DNA of 64,000 nt. It comes from Lama glama (lineage: Eukaryota). The stretch lies in assembly GCA_028534125.1 (NCBI GenBank), contig CM052817.1, forward strand, positions 28,956,001 through 29,020,000, read 5' to 3'. Below the pieces are notes generated by a model. That model saw only the letters and a program-made list of their open reading frames with translations. It did no database searches and was not told the origin of the DNA. Shown one piece after another: positions 1 to 12,525 of this stretch. Both the position numbers and the translations under genes were made by a program. Position 1 is the first letter of the stretch. Every line of letters begins with the position of its first letter.

Positions 1-109
1 TCGACAAAACAATAACAACAACAACAACAAAAAAGCCATCAAGTACTTGTAATTCTAAGCAAAAAGCCTGAGATTCTTTCCTGTACCAAGAGCTTTGAAG
101 TTTTTAGAG

Positions 110-421
110 CAGTGATGTCCTATAAAAATATATGAACCACATATCTAATTTTAAATGTTCTAGTAACCACATTAAAAAAGGAAAAATAAAATAGGTGAAA
201 TTATTTTAATAATATCATTTATTTGGCCCAGTATATCCAAAATATTATCATTTCAATACATACTCATAAATAATATGTTAATAACATGATTTTTTTTCCA
301 ATCTTGGGCTTCAAAATATGGTGTGTATTTTACACATATAACACATCTCATTTTGGACCAGCCATATTTCATGTGCTCAGTAGCCACGTGTGGCTAGTGG
401 CTGCTGTGTTGTTCAGCAGAG
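110..421. mobile_element. MER33-like hAT-Charlie non-autonomous DNA transposon
   Basis: Termini cagtgatgtcc...gttcagcagag; internal ggtgaaattattttaataatat and tagccacgtgtggctagtggct blocks typical of MER33; 8-bp flanks ttttagag (102-109) / ctctagag (422-429) resemble the Charlie NTCTAGAN target duplication. Confidence 0.85.
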
Positions 422-1606
422 CTCTAGAGCAATTGTGACTCTAATATATCTACCTATTCTGAGGATTAGGTAAGACAGCATGTCTTTTAAAAGATTTTAT
501 TACAGGACTTGTAATGAGAGGAATCTCACATTCAACACTTGATTAGAATTATTAACACATGGAATGGGGATCATGGAGCATCTCTCAGGACGAAAAAAGA
601 GGAAAAGTTCTAAAAAGAAGAAAGACAATAATAGATATTCTATTAGTGGCAGAGTTGTGGTTTCCCCTTTACACCCATTACACCCCCATAAAGGTGAGAT
701 ATGGGCAAGCTTTGCCACACACATCATTCTTGTGAGAAGCAGGCCAACCCAAGGGCCTATGGCCCCTGTAAGGTAAGAAATAAAAGGTCTTCTGCCAGAG
801 CAGGGTCACCCTTGGTAGGAACAAGATAATATATAAGACAAGAAGGAGCATCTTCAAATGCAACAATTGCTGTAGAACCTGGGGAAAGTTAGAAAGCAGA
901 GTATAAAAGCTAGCTCCCTGCAAAATCGCACCTATCAGTTTTGAGAATTTCAGTGATGCTATGAAGTGATAAACTTTGCAAATGAACTATTTAGGGAACC
1001 TAGACTATCAGTGTTTGATGCATTTGTTTTGGAGCACATTTCAGCAATTTAGATATCTTAATATAAAGTCATATGAGCCCTTGTTCTATATTACAAATTA
1101 TAGAAGCACTATTAAAGGTTAGGGTGACAGTTGGTAAAATTCTATTCAATTAATACCCAAAGAAATTAATGAAATGACCGATAGATTATGATGCAGCATA
1201 CCTAAGCACTCAATATAATGCCTGGCAAATAAAAAGTACTCAATAGATATTTATGAAAAAAAATCACTTGTAAGCCATTTTCATAGTAACATATCATGTA
1301 AAGGTCATGTTTTTGGACGTGGCTATGTAATTTAATATCTAGTATGTGCATGGGATGTATGTGTTGGGGGTAGTTTAGCAACAGATGACCTAGTATTTCA
1401 TCTTGCCCAACTGGCTGCCTCCCTGAAACGCTGCTTAGCTCCTCAAAGCTTGGGGGCAGGGGCAAGGCAACATAATTCCCCACAACCTTAGGACATTCTG
1501 GATAAAAATTTTCGGCTGAACAGTGGGGCTAATATTCGGATCCAAGATGGAATCTAAGACCCAACAAATAACATAAACCAGGAGCCTAAAACCAATTATA
1601 CATGTA

Positions 1607-1611
<5 letters not shown>

Positions 1612-1652
<41 letters not shown>
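1612..1652. repeat. (TA)n microsatellite
   Basis: ~20 uninterrupted TA units. Confidence 0.98.
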
Positions 1653-1657
<5 letters not shown>

Positions 1658-2249
1658 GCATAATATAAAATATATCAATTCTGTGCTGCAATTTAAAAAA
1701 AAAGGTTTCACTGATTGGAAGAAGATTCTAAAACAGAGTCGTGTTCATTCTGATGTCAGATTTTCCCTTGCAAATGCCCCCAAATTACAAACTTTTCTTA
1801 AATTATTACTATAACCGACAGACCAGTAACTGATGAGTTTGACTCCATTATTAAAATAAACTAATCATAGCAGGAATTCAGCCATTTCTTACACTTCTAA
1901 ACATTCTGTCCTATCTCCTAGGTTGGTCAAGAGGATTATTTAAATAATGACTGTAAGGCACTTGATGCTCCTCAAGCTACTATGGAACAAAAATATTTTA
2001 AATTCCTTACTTCTCCCATGATGCTTGTCTCCAATGGGAACACAAGGTGAGTTGGATTTGTGAAATTAATCTTTCAATCTAAAGAACTCAGTCAGTAAAA
2101 TGCTTGATAACTATCTTAAATCTAAAAAGAAGCAATTAAAAAGTTTAAAGTAAATGCCCTCAGGTAATCTACTATCAAAAATTACAAATGTAGTGTGTGG
2201 ATGGGAATGCTGATAGTTTGATATACTATATATAGTATTATTTTTAAGT

Positions 2250-2376
2250 GGGGGAGGGTATAGCTCAGTGGTAGAGTGCATGCCTAGCACACATGAGGTC
2301 CTGGGTTCAATCCTCAGCACCTCCATTAAATAAACAAACAAACCTAATCCCCCCCCCCTTAAAAAGTAGAAAAAAA
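2250..2376 (+). mobile_element. tRNA-derived SINE, camelid Vic-1-like
   Basis: gggggagggtatagctcagtggtagag (Pol III A box), gggttcaatcc (B box), then aaataaacaaacaaacctaat, a C-run and an A-rich tail; matches my recollection of the camelid SINE. Confidence 0.85.
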
Positions 2377-3441
2377 TACAACATAGTATGTATTTATTTA
2401 CTAGAAAACTGCTTCTCTCCTCATTGAGATTTTTTTTTTAAGCATAACTAAAGATACATCAAATGACTAAAGTCCATGATAGGGGTGGCTGAGCCTGGGA
2501 CAGTATCTTCACCAAAATGCCAAGTTTATAAAAACTGTCAAAAATTGGCAATTTCATATGATTCAACTTAATAGCTTTCAATAACAAGGACAGTGAATCT
2601 AGCACCTTACCACTAAAAGCTTAAATATTTAGAAATGCATAATTCATAACTTGAGTTTGAGACATGCAAATATAAGTGTGCTGGATCTGTATAATTTTTC
2701 AGAAAAAAAGTTCTGTCTACTACTTTACTCTTGGTTCCCTCAGCACATAAATATAGCTTGTACAAAAGATAGTTTGTTTATATTTGGCTTCTATGTGTTC
2801 TGAATTATCCTTCGAATGTGTCTGTTTAGTATCTCCACCTGGGTAACAAACTTTGCAAACAGAGACTCTCCTCCAGTTGTTTTATTTCCCGTTCAGTGTT
2901 CTGCATACAGGAAGCTTAAAACCATTGTAGCTGTTTATCTACAGCATAACTAATTAGCAGTGAGACTACTCACACACTTTTGTGGTGCTGTTTAATTTTT
3001 CCATGTACTGCTAAACAAGAAAATATTGATATCTGTGTATCTCCAGATTCTGCTTTAAAAAGTACATCAGGCAAATCAGGTTTTAAAAATACAATTAAAG
3101 CACAAGCTTCAATCTGGGAGAGCATTCGCATACCAGGTATAAATTGAGCTAATGAGTACCCATTGTAGTACGCTTTGTTATTTGGTAAACAGCTCTTTAC
3201 AAATCTAGCTTTAGAGTGCATTGTGTGTTATAACTTTTCATGCCAATGAATGTCAGGGTGGATTGTGTTTCCCCCTCTCGTAACCAAAGGGGACCACAGA
3301 ACTGAGCAAGAGCCAGAAACTGAATTCTAATCCCATCCTTAACAATGACACAGATTTACTAAGTGACCAGAGCAAGTATCTTTCCTGTTCACTTTCCTAG
3401 ATAGTAAAATATACACATCCTGATATATTTTGGGAAATACC

Positions 3442-3956
3442 GTTCTGATGATCTACTGCTGCACAACAAACAACCCAAAATATAGTGGCTTAAACAACAA
3501 TGACTTTTTCATTATCTTTATGGTTCTGGGCTCAGCTGGGCGGTTCTTGCTCAGGCTTCAGTCAGACAAGTGACTGGGACTGGACTCACCCGGTGACTGA
3601 AGACCCAACCAGCTGAGAGCTGGAATAGTGGGGACTTTTTGCTCTCTCTTTCTTTCTATGTGGTCTGTGCATGTGGTCCTCCCATCTTGGTGACTCAGGG
3701 CTCCAAAGTTGCACAACCCAAGAAGAGAGCACCAAGCAGAAGCTGTATTGTGATTTATAACCTAGCCTAAGAAGTCACCAAGTGTCACTCACTTCACTCA
3801 CTTATTTTATTAAGCAAGGCAGCCACAAAGGCCCTCCTAGTTTTATGGGGAGAAAATATGAACTCTACGGCTTGGAGGGAGAGTAGAAACATTCTGTAAG
3901 AGCCTGTGGGACCGAAAATATCAATGGCCATTTCTGCAAAGTAAAATCTGCCACCA
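3442..3956 (-). mobile_element. MaLR LTR, MLT1F/G/H-like solo LTR
   Basis: ctgctgcacaacaaacaacccaaaatatagtggcttaaacaac start, ctgggctcagctgggcggttctt, acctagcctaagaagtcac, end aaaatctgccacca. Confidence 0.8.
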
Positions 3957-6900
3957 AAGCTCTAAGAGCCAAGTATCACTACACCCTTTATGATAATTAT
4001 AGAGAGAGAGCTCTAAATAGAGCCCTTGTATTTTGCTGTGGCACACACTTCGTAGACTTTTCTTAGCTAATTGTGATGTACGGGGACCTATAAACATGAA
4101 GAGGCCGACACATGTGCCCAAGCAGCAAACTCAATAGTATGGCTGTCTGAAATCAGAAGCCAGTATTTAAATACATGAAAGGACAGCCAGGTGTTTTCCT
4201 TCATTTTTAATAGGAATCTCCATTTTGATCATTTATTCTGCTCTAATAAATTGCTTCAGCCAATTTGCCTTTGCTCTAGTTAATCCAGAACCCCCCTCTG
4301 CCTCTTTCAACAACATCTGCAAGTCTTCATTCTCCCTCAGTTAATCATTTCTTTTCATCTTTCAGATGCTGACCTAGTAAGCACAAATACATCTGTGAAC
4401 ACTTAAAAATGTACTTGTTGCCCAGTTTTTCAACAATTTTCTCTCCTCTATAATGGATACAGCTCCACTGTGTAAATTTCAATCTCTGTGTTCCAAAATT
4501 CACCCTTCTCTCTACAAAAGTACTGGCTCCTTGTCTGGCAGTACTCACTATGCCCATTTTTTTCTCATTATTACTGATCTTATTCTCATTTTACTCCATA
4601 TTAATCATGTTATTTATTTATTCAAAGATTAGAAAAGCAGTAAATATAATATGGCTTGGTACATGGCCATCTATGAAACCAGAATTTTGAATTTTCTGCC
4701 CAATGTCAGGGAAATTAATCAAATAAAAGGAAACCATTATTTTTTTTCAGCCCAAATATTGGGGAAAAAAAGATGGTATTTATGTTTGGGTTATACACAC
4801 AGTTTAAATAAATTCTGAGGTAGCTTTAAAGTGTAAGTTCATACCAAGTTAATTTTAATAAAATTCAATGAGTATTTGTTGAATATCAATTACATGCTCT
4901 GCTAAGTGCCCTGTGGGTTATAAAAAATGAATAGAACATGTACCCTCATCATTAAAAACTTACAACATGGGAAAGGAGAATTTAAAAAGCCCACAAATAA
5001 CCAGTGATTGAATTACAGGGAGGAGTAAAGTTAATGTTGCAGTGGAAGAATACTCAAAGTGATATGAGGATCAGCAGGAAGACAGCGAGCACTTCTGATC
5101 GCAGGACTAGAAAATGTTAAAAGGAGTAGGTAGAGGGTAGATTTCATAGGATGGCAGAGTGTGGGTATTTCAAATCTAAATTATAGTATGAGCAAAACCA
5201 GGACTAGTTATTACCATCTAGTAGATCTACCTATCTACTCTTCTACCTATTCAATTTTTCATCTACAAATCTTTGCCCTAACTTGTTTCAAAAAGTGGCT
5301 TGTAGTAAAACATAAACAGAAAAAGTCAGGATAGGGAAAATATAGCACACAAAATTGAGACCAATATGAAAGTTAGAACATAATTACATATTTCATAGTA
5401 TCTTAGGTTTATTAAAGTTGACCCAGATTTGGCTCATATCGCAAATGAGCTTCCTAGAGGGAGTGAAATTGATCAGTTACATGACTCAAATTATCCACAA
5501 GAAAAAAAAAAAAACCTTTGAGAAAGCAAATTGATTTGTTAAATGTCTCTATATAAAAGGCTACTTGAGTATGTAACAATGGCCAACATCACCAATAACA
5601 TACCTGATACAAATGTAATAGTAGATGAAGGTTAGTAGCAAATTTACTTATCCTCACTTAAGAGCTAAGCTTCAAACATTAATGTTGGTAACATTGTTCC
5701 TGCTTTACAAAATAGGAGATAGAGATTCATGAAGAGTAAGTTAGTCACCCAAGAGCACACAGCTAATAACTATTAGAGTTTAGACTTGAACTTGAATCCA
5801 GGTTTGTGTTACTTCAGTGTGAGAGTAAAAGCTGATTAGTAAAGGACAGAAAGACTGTAGGCAGAAATCATTCACAGAGTTTGGCTATGAGGAGAGTAAT
5901 GGAGATTGTATTATCAGGATTAACATAAAGCCGTTTGGGGTCAAGGAAAATAAGGATGCCTGTTGGCTGGAAGAAAGCAGCTTGTGGAAAAAAGTGAGAA
6001 TATTAGAGAGAGGCTGTTTAGTGGAAGAAAGCCTAAAGAAACATGGGTTCAGAAGAACTGATGAAGGGTTTAGCCTTGGCAGAGAGGCAGACCTAGTCTT
6101 CCTTGAACAGTGTGTGAATAAAAGGAATGATATCACCCAAAGAACCCAAGAAATGGTCCAACCAGTTTCCAGCAGGCTTGGAATTAAATCATGCAGAGTT
6201 TGTTTAGATTTCTAGACTAAATTTCAAATAAAATGTCTTATGTTGCCCTTTGGCCCCTAAAGGAACCAGTATTCAAGAACAAAGTAATAGGATATCATGT
6301 AGCCATTTTTCTTATTTCACTTCATTTCCTGCTTGTATGAAATTAATCATGTATGGAAATGTGTATACTAGTCTGGGAATAAGAATTAAAAGATTTATTA
6401 GCAATAGACTTGCCACCAACCAAGATTTTGCAAGGCATTTGGAAAAATCAGTCCAGCTTCTGGATTATTCCCTTTGGACTACTTTCTTATTCTTTTGGTG
6501 CCTCAATATCACTATATAAAAACTGAAATTTTAATATTTACTACTTGAATTTTATTAAGGATTAAATGTACCCAGGATTGTGCCTAGGACACACTAAACA
6601 ATCAATAAATATGAGTCTGTCCCTTCCTGTACTTTAAATAGCACATATTAAGATCTGACAGCTGGATAAAGACTCTTAATAGAAGAACAGTAAATGCATC
6701 CTCATCTGGCGTTTCTTTATTGTTTCATTTCCATTTCTTTCCATACATATGGAAATACTTAGGCAACATCTTCTATGTGACAAGTACCCAGATCTCCTTG
6801 AACACAATGCATAATTCTCAGGTTTGGTCAGCATTCTCCTTGAGGCTATTCCCTGGTACCAATTATTTTTTTATTTTGTCATTTTTCTTATATTGGTACT

Positions 6901-7249
6901 TAAAATCCTGTATCTTAGTCCAGATCTTGATCCCCTTAAACTAAGATGCTGGTTTCTGCTTCCTGCCTCACATCTCTTACTTAGGCTGTATACCCTGTCT
7001 CAAGCTAATACTCTGTTCTGATGCCTGATAGATCTTGGTCAGGATTAATGAAGTAACATATCAAATATGCTTTAAACATCATAGAGGAAAGAATATGAGC
7101 AAGAACAAAACATAAAGTGTTTCTTTTATAAGAAAAAGGAAGAAAAATAATAAAATTCATAATATATGCTCTGAATTATTTCCTATTCAATCCTTCCAAG
7201 ATAGAATTGCTCTTGTTTAATCTCCTTTCTCAAAGAGCATCGTAGCATT

Positions 7250-7771
7250 ATGTTGGATGGAGTCTTAAGCAGGAAACTGAGGGTAGACACTCCCTTTGTG
7301 TAACTTATGAGAGTTGGTGTGTGTAGAGTTTAAGAAATGTAACAAAGGAAGCACTTGGACTGTTAAGAGCAGAAGGTCATTGCTGTGTCTAAGTCTGAAG
7401 GGCAAAGGAAGGGAGCAGTCACTGGAACCTCAGAGACAGAGCTATCTGGAGAGGGCTATCTGACAGGGGCTATGACCTTTGGTAAGAGGCATCAACCCAG
7501 AGCAACTCAGCAGGAAGGATGGAAGGGAAAAAGAAACACTCCAATCTAATTCTCTTTTTTATTATTTTAATTGTTTATTATTATTACTGTTTGTTTGTTT
7601 ATTGCCAGTGATTATCACTTGGTTAAACCCAACCTAAAGCAAGAGAGCCAAGGACCTCATTGTTTATTCCACATGGGTCAGCATTCCGGGGACAGAGCAG
7701 ACTACAGAAGGATGAGGAGTGGGCTTGGAAGGGCGAAAGGGGGAAATTCCAGGCAGACAAATAATCCAGCA
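7250..7771 (-). mobile_element. ERVL LTR16-like solo LTR
   Basis: gcaggaaactga start; ttggttaaacccaacctaaagcaagagagccaagga and gggtcagc...ggacagagcag blocks; same family as copies at 16003, 45183, 56180. Confidence 0.7.
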
Positions 7772-7989
7772 TGAAAGTGCAATCACAGCAATGTAAACAA
7801 AATGCTAAGGGAACAAGCCAAGAAGGAGGACTCTGGCTGGATTTTGACGGCAGAGAACGCCAAGATGGAAGACAAATGGAGTATTTGGGGCAAAATATAA
7901 TATTCCCAGCTGAGAGTTTAGTAAAAAAGAAATATTTGGTGTTTCTAGAAGAATATGGGTAAACCCATAGAATCATGAGGACACGAATG

Positions 7990-8340
7990 GGAATAATAGG
8001 ACCAAAGACAGGTTGGAACGCCAGATTAAGTAGTTTTGTGTTTATTGTGCAAATTATGGGAATAGATCAGAGTATTTTATGGCAAAGAGTTATGTAATCA
8101 TCCCACTGGTAAAAAGAAGACAGGAGAAAAACGAGGGGGATTTTTTGAGACCACTTAAAAAATTTGAAATGATCCAGCAAAGCAAAGAGAAAGACAAACT
8201 GGTTCTGTGCAGAGAGATGTGAGTGGAAGAGGCAGATTTGGGAGACTTTAATCAACAAAATCAACAGTCCTTCATGATTCACTGGAATGTGGGCATAGAT
8301 TAAAGAAGAAAATTAGTGATGACTGTGTAGACTGGGACAA
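7990..8340 (-). mobile_element. L2 LINE fragment
   Basis: Purine-rich L2 antisense pattern (tttggtgagactttaatcaacaaaatcaacag-like stretch, gattcactggaatgtggg). Confidence 0.5.
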
Positions 8341-8389
8341 CATTTATACAAGTCTTCATATACCCAACAGCGACAATGCCTGTAACACT

Positions 8390-8620
8390 TATCCCAGCAT
8401 ACTGTGTGCCAACAATGTTGTAAGCCCCTTTTCACATTAAACTATTTAATCTTCACAATACTCCCATAAGACCGTTACTGTGTAACCTCTACCATCACTT
8501 AGAATTAAACTGAGGCACAGGGAGATTAGATAACTTGCCTGCTCTCACACAGCTAGCAAATGGTGGAGGTGAGGTTCAAAGCCAGGAAGTTTAGTTGCCG
8601 AGTTACAACAGAAATCAATC
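8390..8620 (-). mobile_element. MIR SINE
   Basis: MIR core antisense: aaactgaggcacagggagattagataacttgcc...cacacagctagcaaatggtggaggtgaggttcaaagccagg. Confidence 0.8.
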
Positions 8621-8963
8621 ACTTCCTTATACTAACTCTAATTTCTGGCTTATTTGAAAAGTTGGCTTGTTTATTTGTTTTGTTTAATTTTGTATTTTGT
8701 TTATAAACAGAAAGAAGGATTCATATAAAGTTACAGCAACCTCTTTAACTACTTTCCTTTAAACTCATTGAAGTTTTCTTTTGAAGAGTTTCATGGATGA
8801 AACTCATGGCATCCATAACACTATGTTCCACCCAGATGATTAGAAGCCACATAAATTTGTATATTTAAATAACTAACTGCCATTTAAATACTTGTTACCT
8901 GCACTGAGCTGTGGTACCTCATGCTGCCTGATGCCACCCTTCCTGCTGAACACTGATTCATCC

Positions 8964-9948
8964 CAGCACTGTCCAAAAGAGATCTAATGCAAGCCACAAA
9001 TGTGAGACATGTTTATACTTTTTAAAATTCTAGCGGCCACGTTAAACAAAGTAAAGAGATACAAATACAAAGTTCAGGAACAGTCCAGAAGCCAATCCTC
9101 ACTTCAAACACCAACTGCAAGGGGTGGGGGGTCTTCAAGACCACCTCACCTCTGACACTAGTTGCAAGTTCAGGATCTGTAAGACCACTCTCAGTTTTGG
9201 TTAATTTGCTAGAAGGGCTCACAGACCTCACTGAAAGAATTTCTACTCAGGGTTAGGGTTTATTACGGGGAAAGGGTGTGTGTTAAAATCACCAAGGGAA
9301 GAGTCCAGGGATGTTCCATCCATGGCGTGTCTGGTCGTCTTCTCCTGGAAATGTCACGGACAGTGCTAACTTCCCCAGCATCAATGTGTGGCAGTATGCC
9401 TGGAGTACTGCCAACCAGGGAAGCTCACCTCAGACATGGTGTCCAGAGTTTTTATTGGAGCTCCAGCACATAGACATACATGGTTGACTGCCTACCTGGC
9501 TGACCTTAGTCTCCTGCGCCTCCCAAGTTTGAGCTGACTGCACGTGACTCAAAGCCCCCTTATAAATCATAGTGTTATACTGTCTGCTGGCTCCCAAGAC
9601 TTCCACGTAAACAAACACCCTCATTAACAGGATATTCCAAGGGCTTAAAGATTACCTTCTAGGAGTTGATGGTAAAGACCAAAAAGAAAAAAAAAACTTT
9701 CTTTTAAAGTAATGTTAAAGTCTTTACTTCACACAGGTGAAATTAATTTTAATAATGTAGTTTATTTACCTCAGCATATCTGAAAATTGTCATTTAACAT
9801 GTAATCAATATAAAATATTATTGAGATATTTTACACTTTTTCCATACTGTCTTTGAAATCCCCTGTGTAGCTTCCATGTACAGCACATCTCAGTTTGGAC
9901 TAGCTACATCTCAGGTGCCTCAAAGCCACATGGAGCTACTGCAGCTGA
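8964..9948. mobile_element. MER33-like hAT transposon split by an LTR insertion (parts ~8964-9060 and ~9734-9948)
   Basis: cagcactgtcc start and tctagcggccacgttaaa; resumes at caggtgaaattaattttaataat through agcacatctcagtttggactagc; colinear with the copy at 110-421. Confidence 0.8.
9062..9733. mobile_element. MER21-like LTR nested in MER33
   Basis: aagaccactctcagttttggttaatttgctagaagggctcacagacctcactgaaag, gtactgccaaccagggaagctcacc, terminal tctttacttcaca. Confidence 0.75.
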
Positions 9949-11753
9949 ATCTAACAAAAGTGCTATATATTCTGTGGGCACAACTATCAGTATGTTCTAA
10001 AATTTTTAACTGATTATTATAAATATATTCATCATTACAGAAGTGTCCCTATCACTCTTAAAACTGATGCTTAAAATATTTTTTTTCAGATACAAAAAAG
10101 AAAGCAATATCAACAGATAAGCTCCTTACCTTCCCATTTGAAATCTCAGCTGTTATTCCTTATATAGGTAGTCACTCCTCCAGTGTTCTCTGATTGCTTT
10201 TAGATTGGTTTTCAATTTGTTCATAAAGCGACACTGTAGATGGTTAATGATCTACCTCTTGTCACTTATAATTCACATTTCTACTTACAGGGTACCTGGT
10301 TTATGAAAACCACTTAACGTCCCTTCTCTTTCGATAGCGTCTTTGACAATCAGTGCGATACAGGCAAGATTTAGAGACTTAGAAAATATTCCTCTTTGTG
10401 TGCAAACTCTCCCCTTCCTAAAAGGGATATGTTTGATATAACTTAATTTTTATCTTAGTCTGAAAATATTTCAAGAAGTCTGCAAAAGCCTTGAAAATAC
10501 CTAGCATCTACCTAAGTGGTCATCAAAACTGACCAGGAAGCACTATTAGCTATTAAAGAAATTATTATTTTTCAGCATCCTCTATTCCAGTTGCAATCTA
10601 ACAGTTTAAAACTGATATTTAAACTACAGGAAAAGAAATACTTCATAGAATAGTAGGTGATGTTTAGTATGGCTTATTTTCCTTGTAACAAGCATATTAA
10701 AGGAGGATTTTAAAAGGTAGTTCTAGTGGTAGCTATTGAAACGCCAAGCTGTAAAGGTCAAAGTCAGCCTACAAGTGCCCTCACGTTCCTTCCTGGGCTC
10801 CTTTCTTCATGTGTTACGGGACCTCCTGCAGTGGGAGGACACGTTGTGGGCTGGCGGTTGGTCCAGATGTGCCTTGATGATTTTAAGTTCATTCCTTCTT
10901 CACTAAATCTGTATGGCATTAGTCGTCTCATATGGTTCTCTTGTTTTCTCCCTTCAAAAAACTCTTAAAATCATACTATCTTCCACCCTCCATAATGGGT
11001 CCCTTTCCATCACAGACACCATTTCATGTGCAGTTGTCTCTATACATTTTCTGTTGTTTGCTGCTTTTATGCCTTTGTGTCTGTAATCTTGGCTCCTGCT
11101 TGTACTGACTGTGAGATAGAAAGGTCTGACGTATTCAGGTGTTCTGGAATGAGAACACTTTTTGAGCTAAATATAGGAGATAATTTTAATTTTGGAGTGG
11201 GAGGGTCATCTGAATATCAGCACTTTTGCTTAGAAAATTAGTGCTCTTAGGGGCCACATTTCCCCTTGCATGCACATGCACGTATGTGTATGTGTTTATC
11301 AACTGATAACTCAAAACTTTATTGTGGCCTTTAACAGCTCTTTCCCATTTTCTTAACTGTTGACACATCTATTGCCTCTTTAGTTAAAACTCCATCCCTT
11401 GCTTCTCTTATGAGCTGAAAATGTTGTGTCCTCTTCTCTTTGGTCCCTTGCCCTTGTAACATTTATGAACAGATAATTAGTGCTGCTTGATATAGCTGGA
11501 ACTCTTGTTCTTTCTTACTAAGACAATTTTTTTTCTTTTTTAAATATGGCCTTAATATCTCCTTCCTTTCAAGGACATACATGATCTTCCTTTAAAGCAT
11601 TATATGATTTATTGAATTGGAAATATTACTTCAAAGTAAACTGCCTTTTACTGTAAATTAGTAACCTATCAAAAGACCTTACCAACAGCTGAATCGATAC
11701 CCTAACCACACATATATGAAGCAGAATTAGATGAATTTATTACTGATACATCT

Positions 11754-12108
11754 TGTCTTCATCAGTTTGGGCTGCTATAACAGAAAAACCACAGACTGAT
11801 GGCTTAAACAACATTTTTTTCTCACAGTTCTGGAGGCTGGGAAGTCTAAGATCAAGGTGCTGGCAGATTCCATGTCTGGTGAGAGCCTACTTCCTGCTTG
11901 AGAGACAGTCTTCTCTCTGTGTCCTCTGTGATAGAAGGGGCAAGAATGCTCCCGGGAGCCCCTTTTATAAGAGCACTAGTCTCATTCATGAGGGCTCCAC
12001 CCTCATGACCTAATCGCCTCTCAAAGGCCCCACCTCCTGGTACCATCACACTGGGGGTTAGAATCTCAACATGTGAATTTTGGGGCCACCAACTTTCAGT
12101 CCACAACA
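11754..12108 (-). mobile_element. MaLR LTR, MLT1A-like
   Basis: gggctgctataacagaaaaaccacagactgatggcttaaac...ttctcacagttctggaggctgggaagtctaagatcaaggtgc...ttcagtccacaaca. Confidence 0.9.
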
Positions 12109-12356
12109 TATCTCTAGTTACAAATATCCCTGGAACCTAATGTTAATGTATAATATATGCGTGATAGTTTCATTTAAATAAATGAAAAGTGAGTAAACAA
12201 AAGGGACCATTTAGTAACTATGAGATGTAGCCAAAATAAAAATTTAAAAACAAAAAAAGAAGAATTGTGTTGATGACCATTGTGGTGGTATTGCTTTCAT
12301 GTCATCCTGAGTCTATCCATAGGCTCATTAAAAACAAACAAACAAACACCTGAAGT

Positions 12357-12525
12357 AGGTTGCCAGATAAAATGTAACATATTTAGTGAAACTTGAATAA
12401 TTTTTTCAGTACAAGTGTGTCCCAAATATTACATGGGACATAATTATACTAAGAATTATGCTGTTAATCTAAAATTCAAATTTAACTGGGCATCTTGAAT
12501 TTTTGTTGTCTAAACCTAGCAACTC
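12357..12525. mobile_element. MER53 hAT-type MITE
   Basis: taggttgccagataaaat...aaattcaaatttaactgggcatc...tagcaactct; internal tgtccca/tgggaca inverted pair. Confidence 0.8.

Noticed and set aside
2250..2325. tRNA gene
   Set aside because: A and B boxes are followed by a SINE body and A-rich tail; it is the head of a tRNA-derived SINE
2970..3221. 83-aa minus ORF with the antisense frame partly open
   Set aside because: No recognisable homology or clear splice context; length is within chance expectation
10130..10380. Two adjacent minus-strand exons with GTAAG donors
   Set aside because: Implied intron 10234-10288 is only ~55 nt, too short for a typical mammalian intron, and the downstream exon has stops in all frames
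12357..12525. Hairpin as a miRNA precursor
   Set aside because: Palindromy is intrinsic to MER53; no evidence of processing from sequence alone
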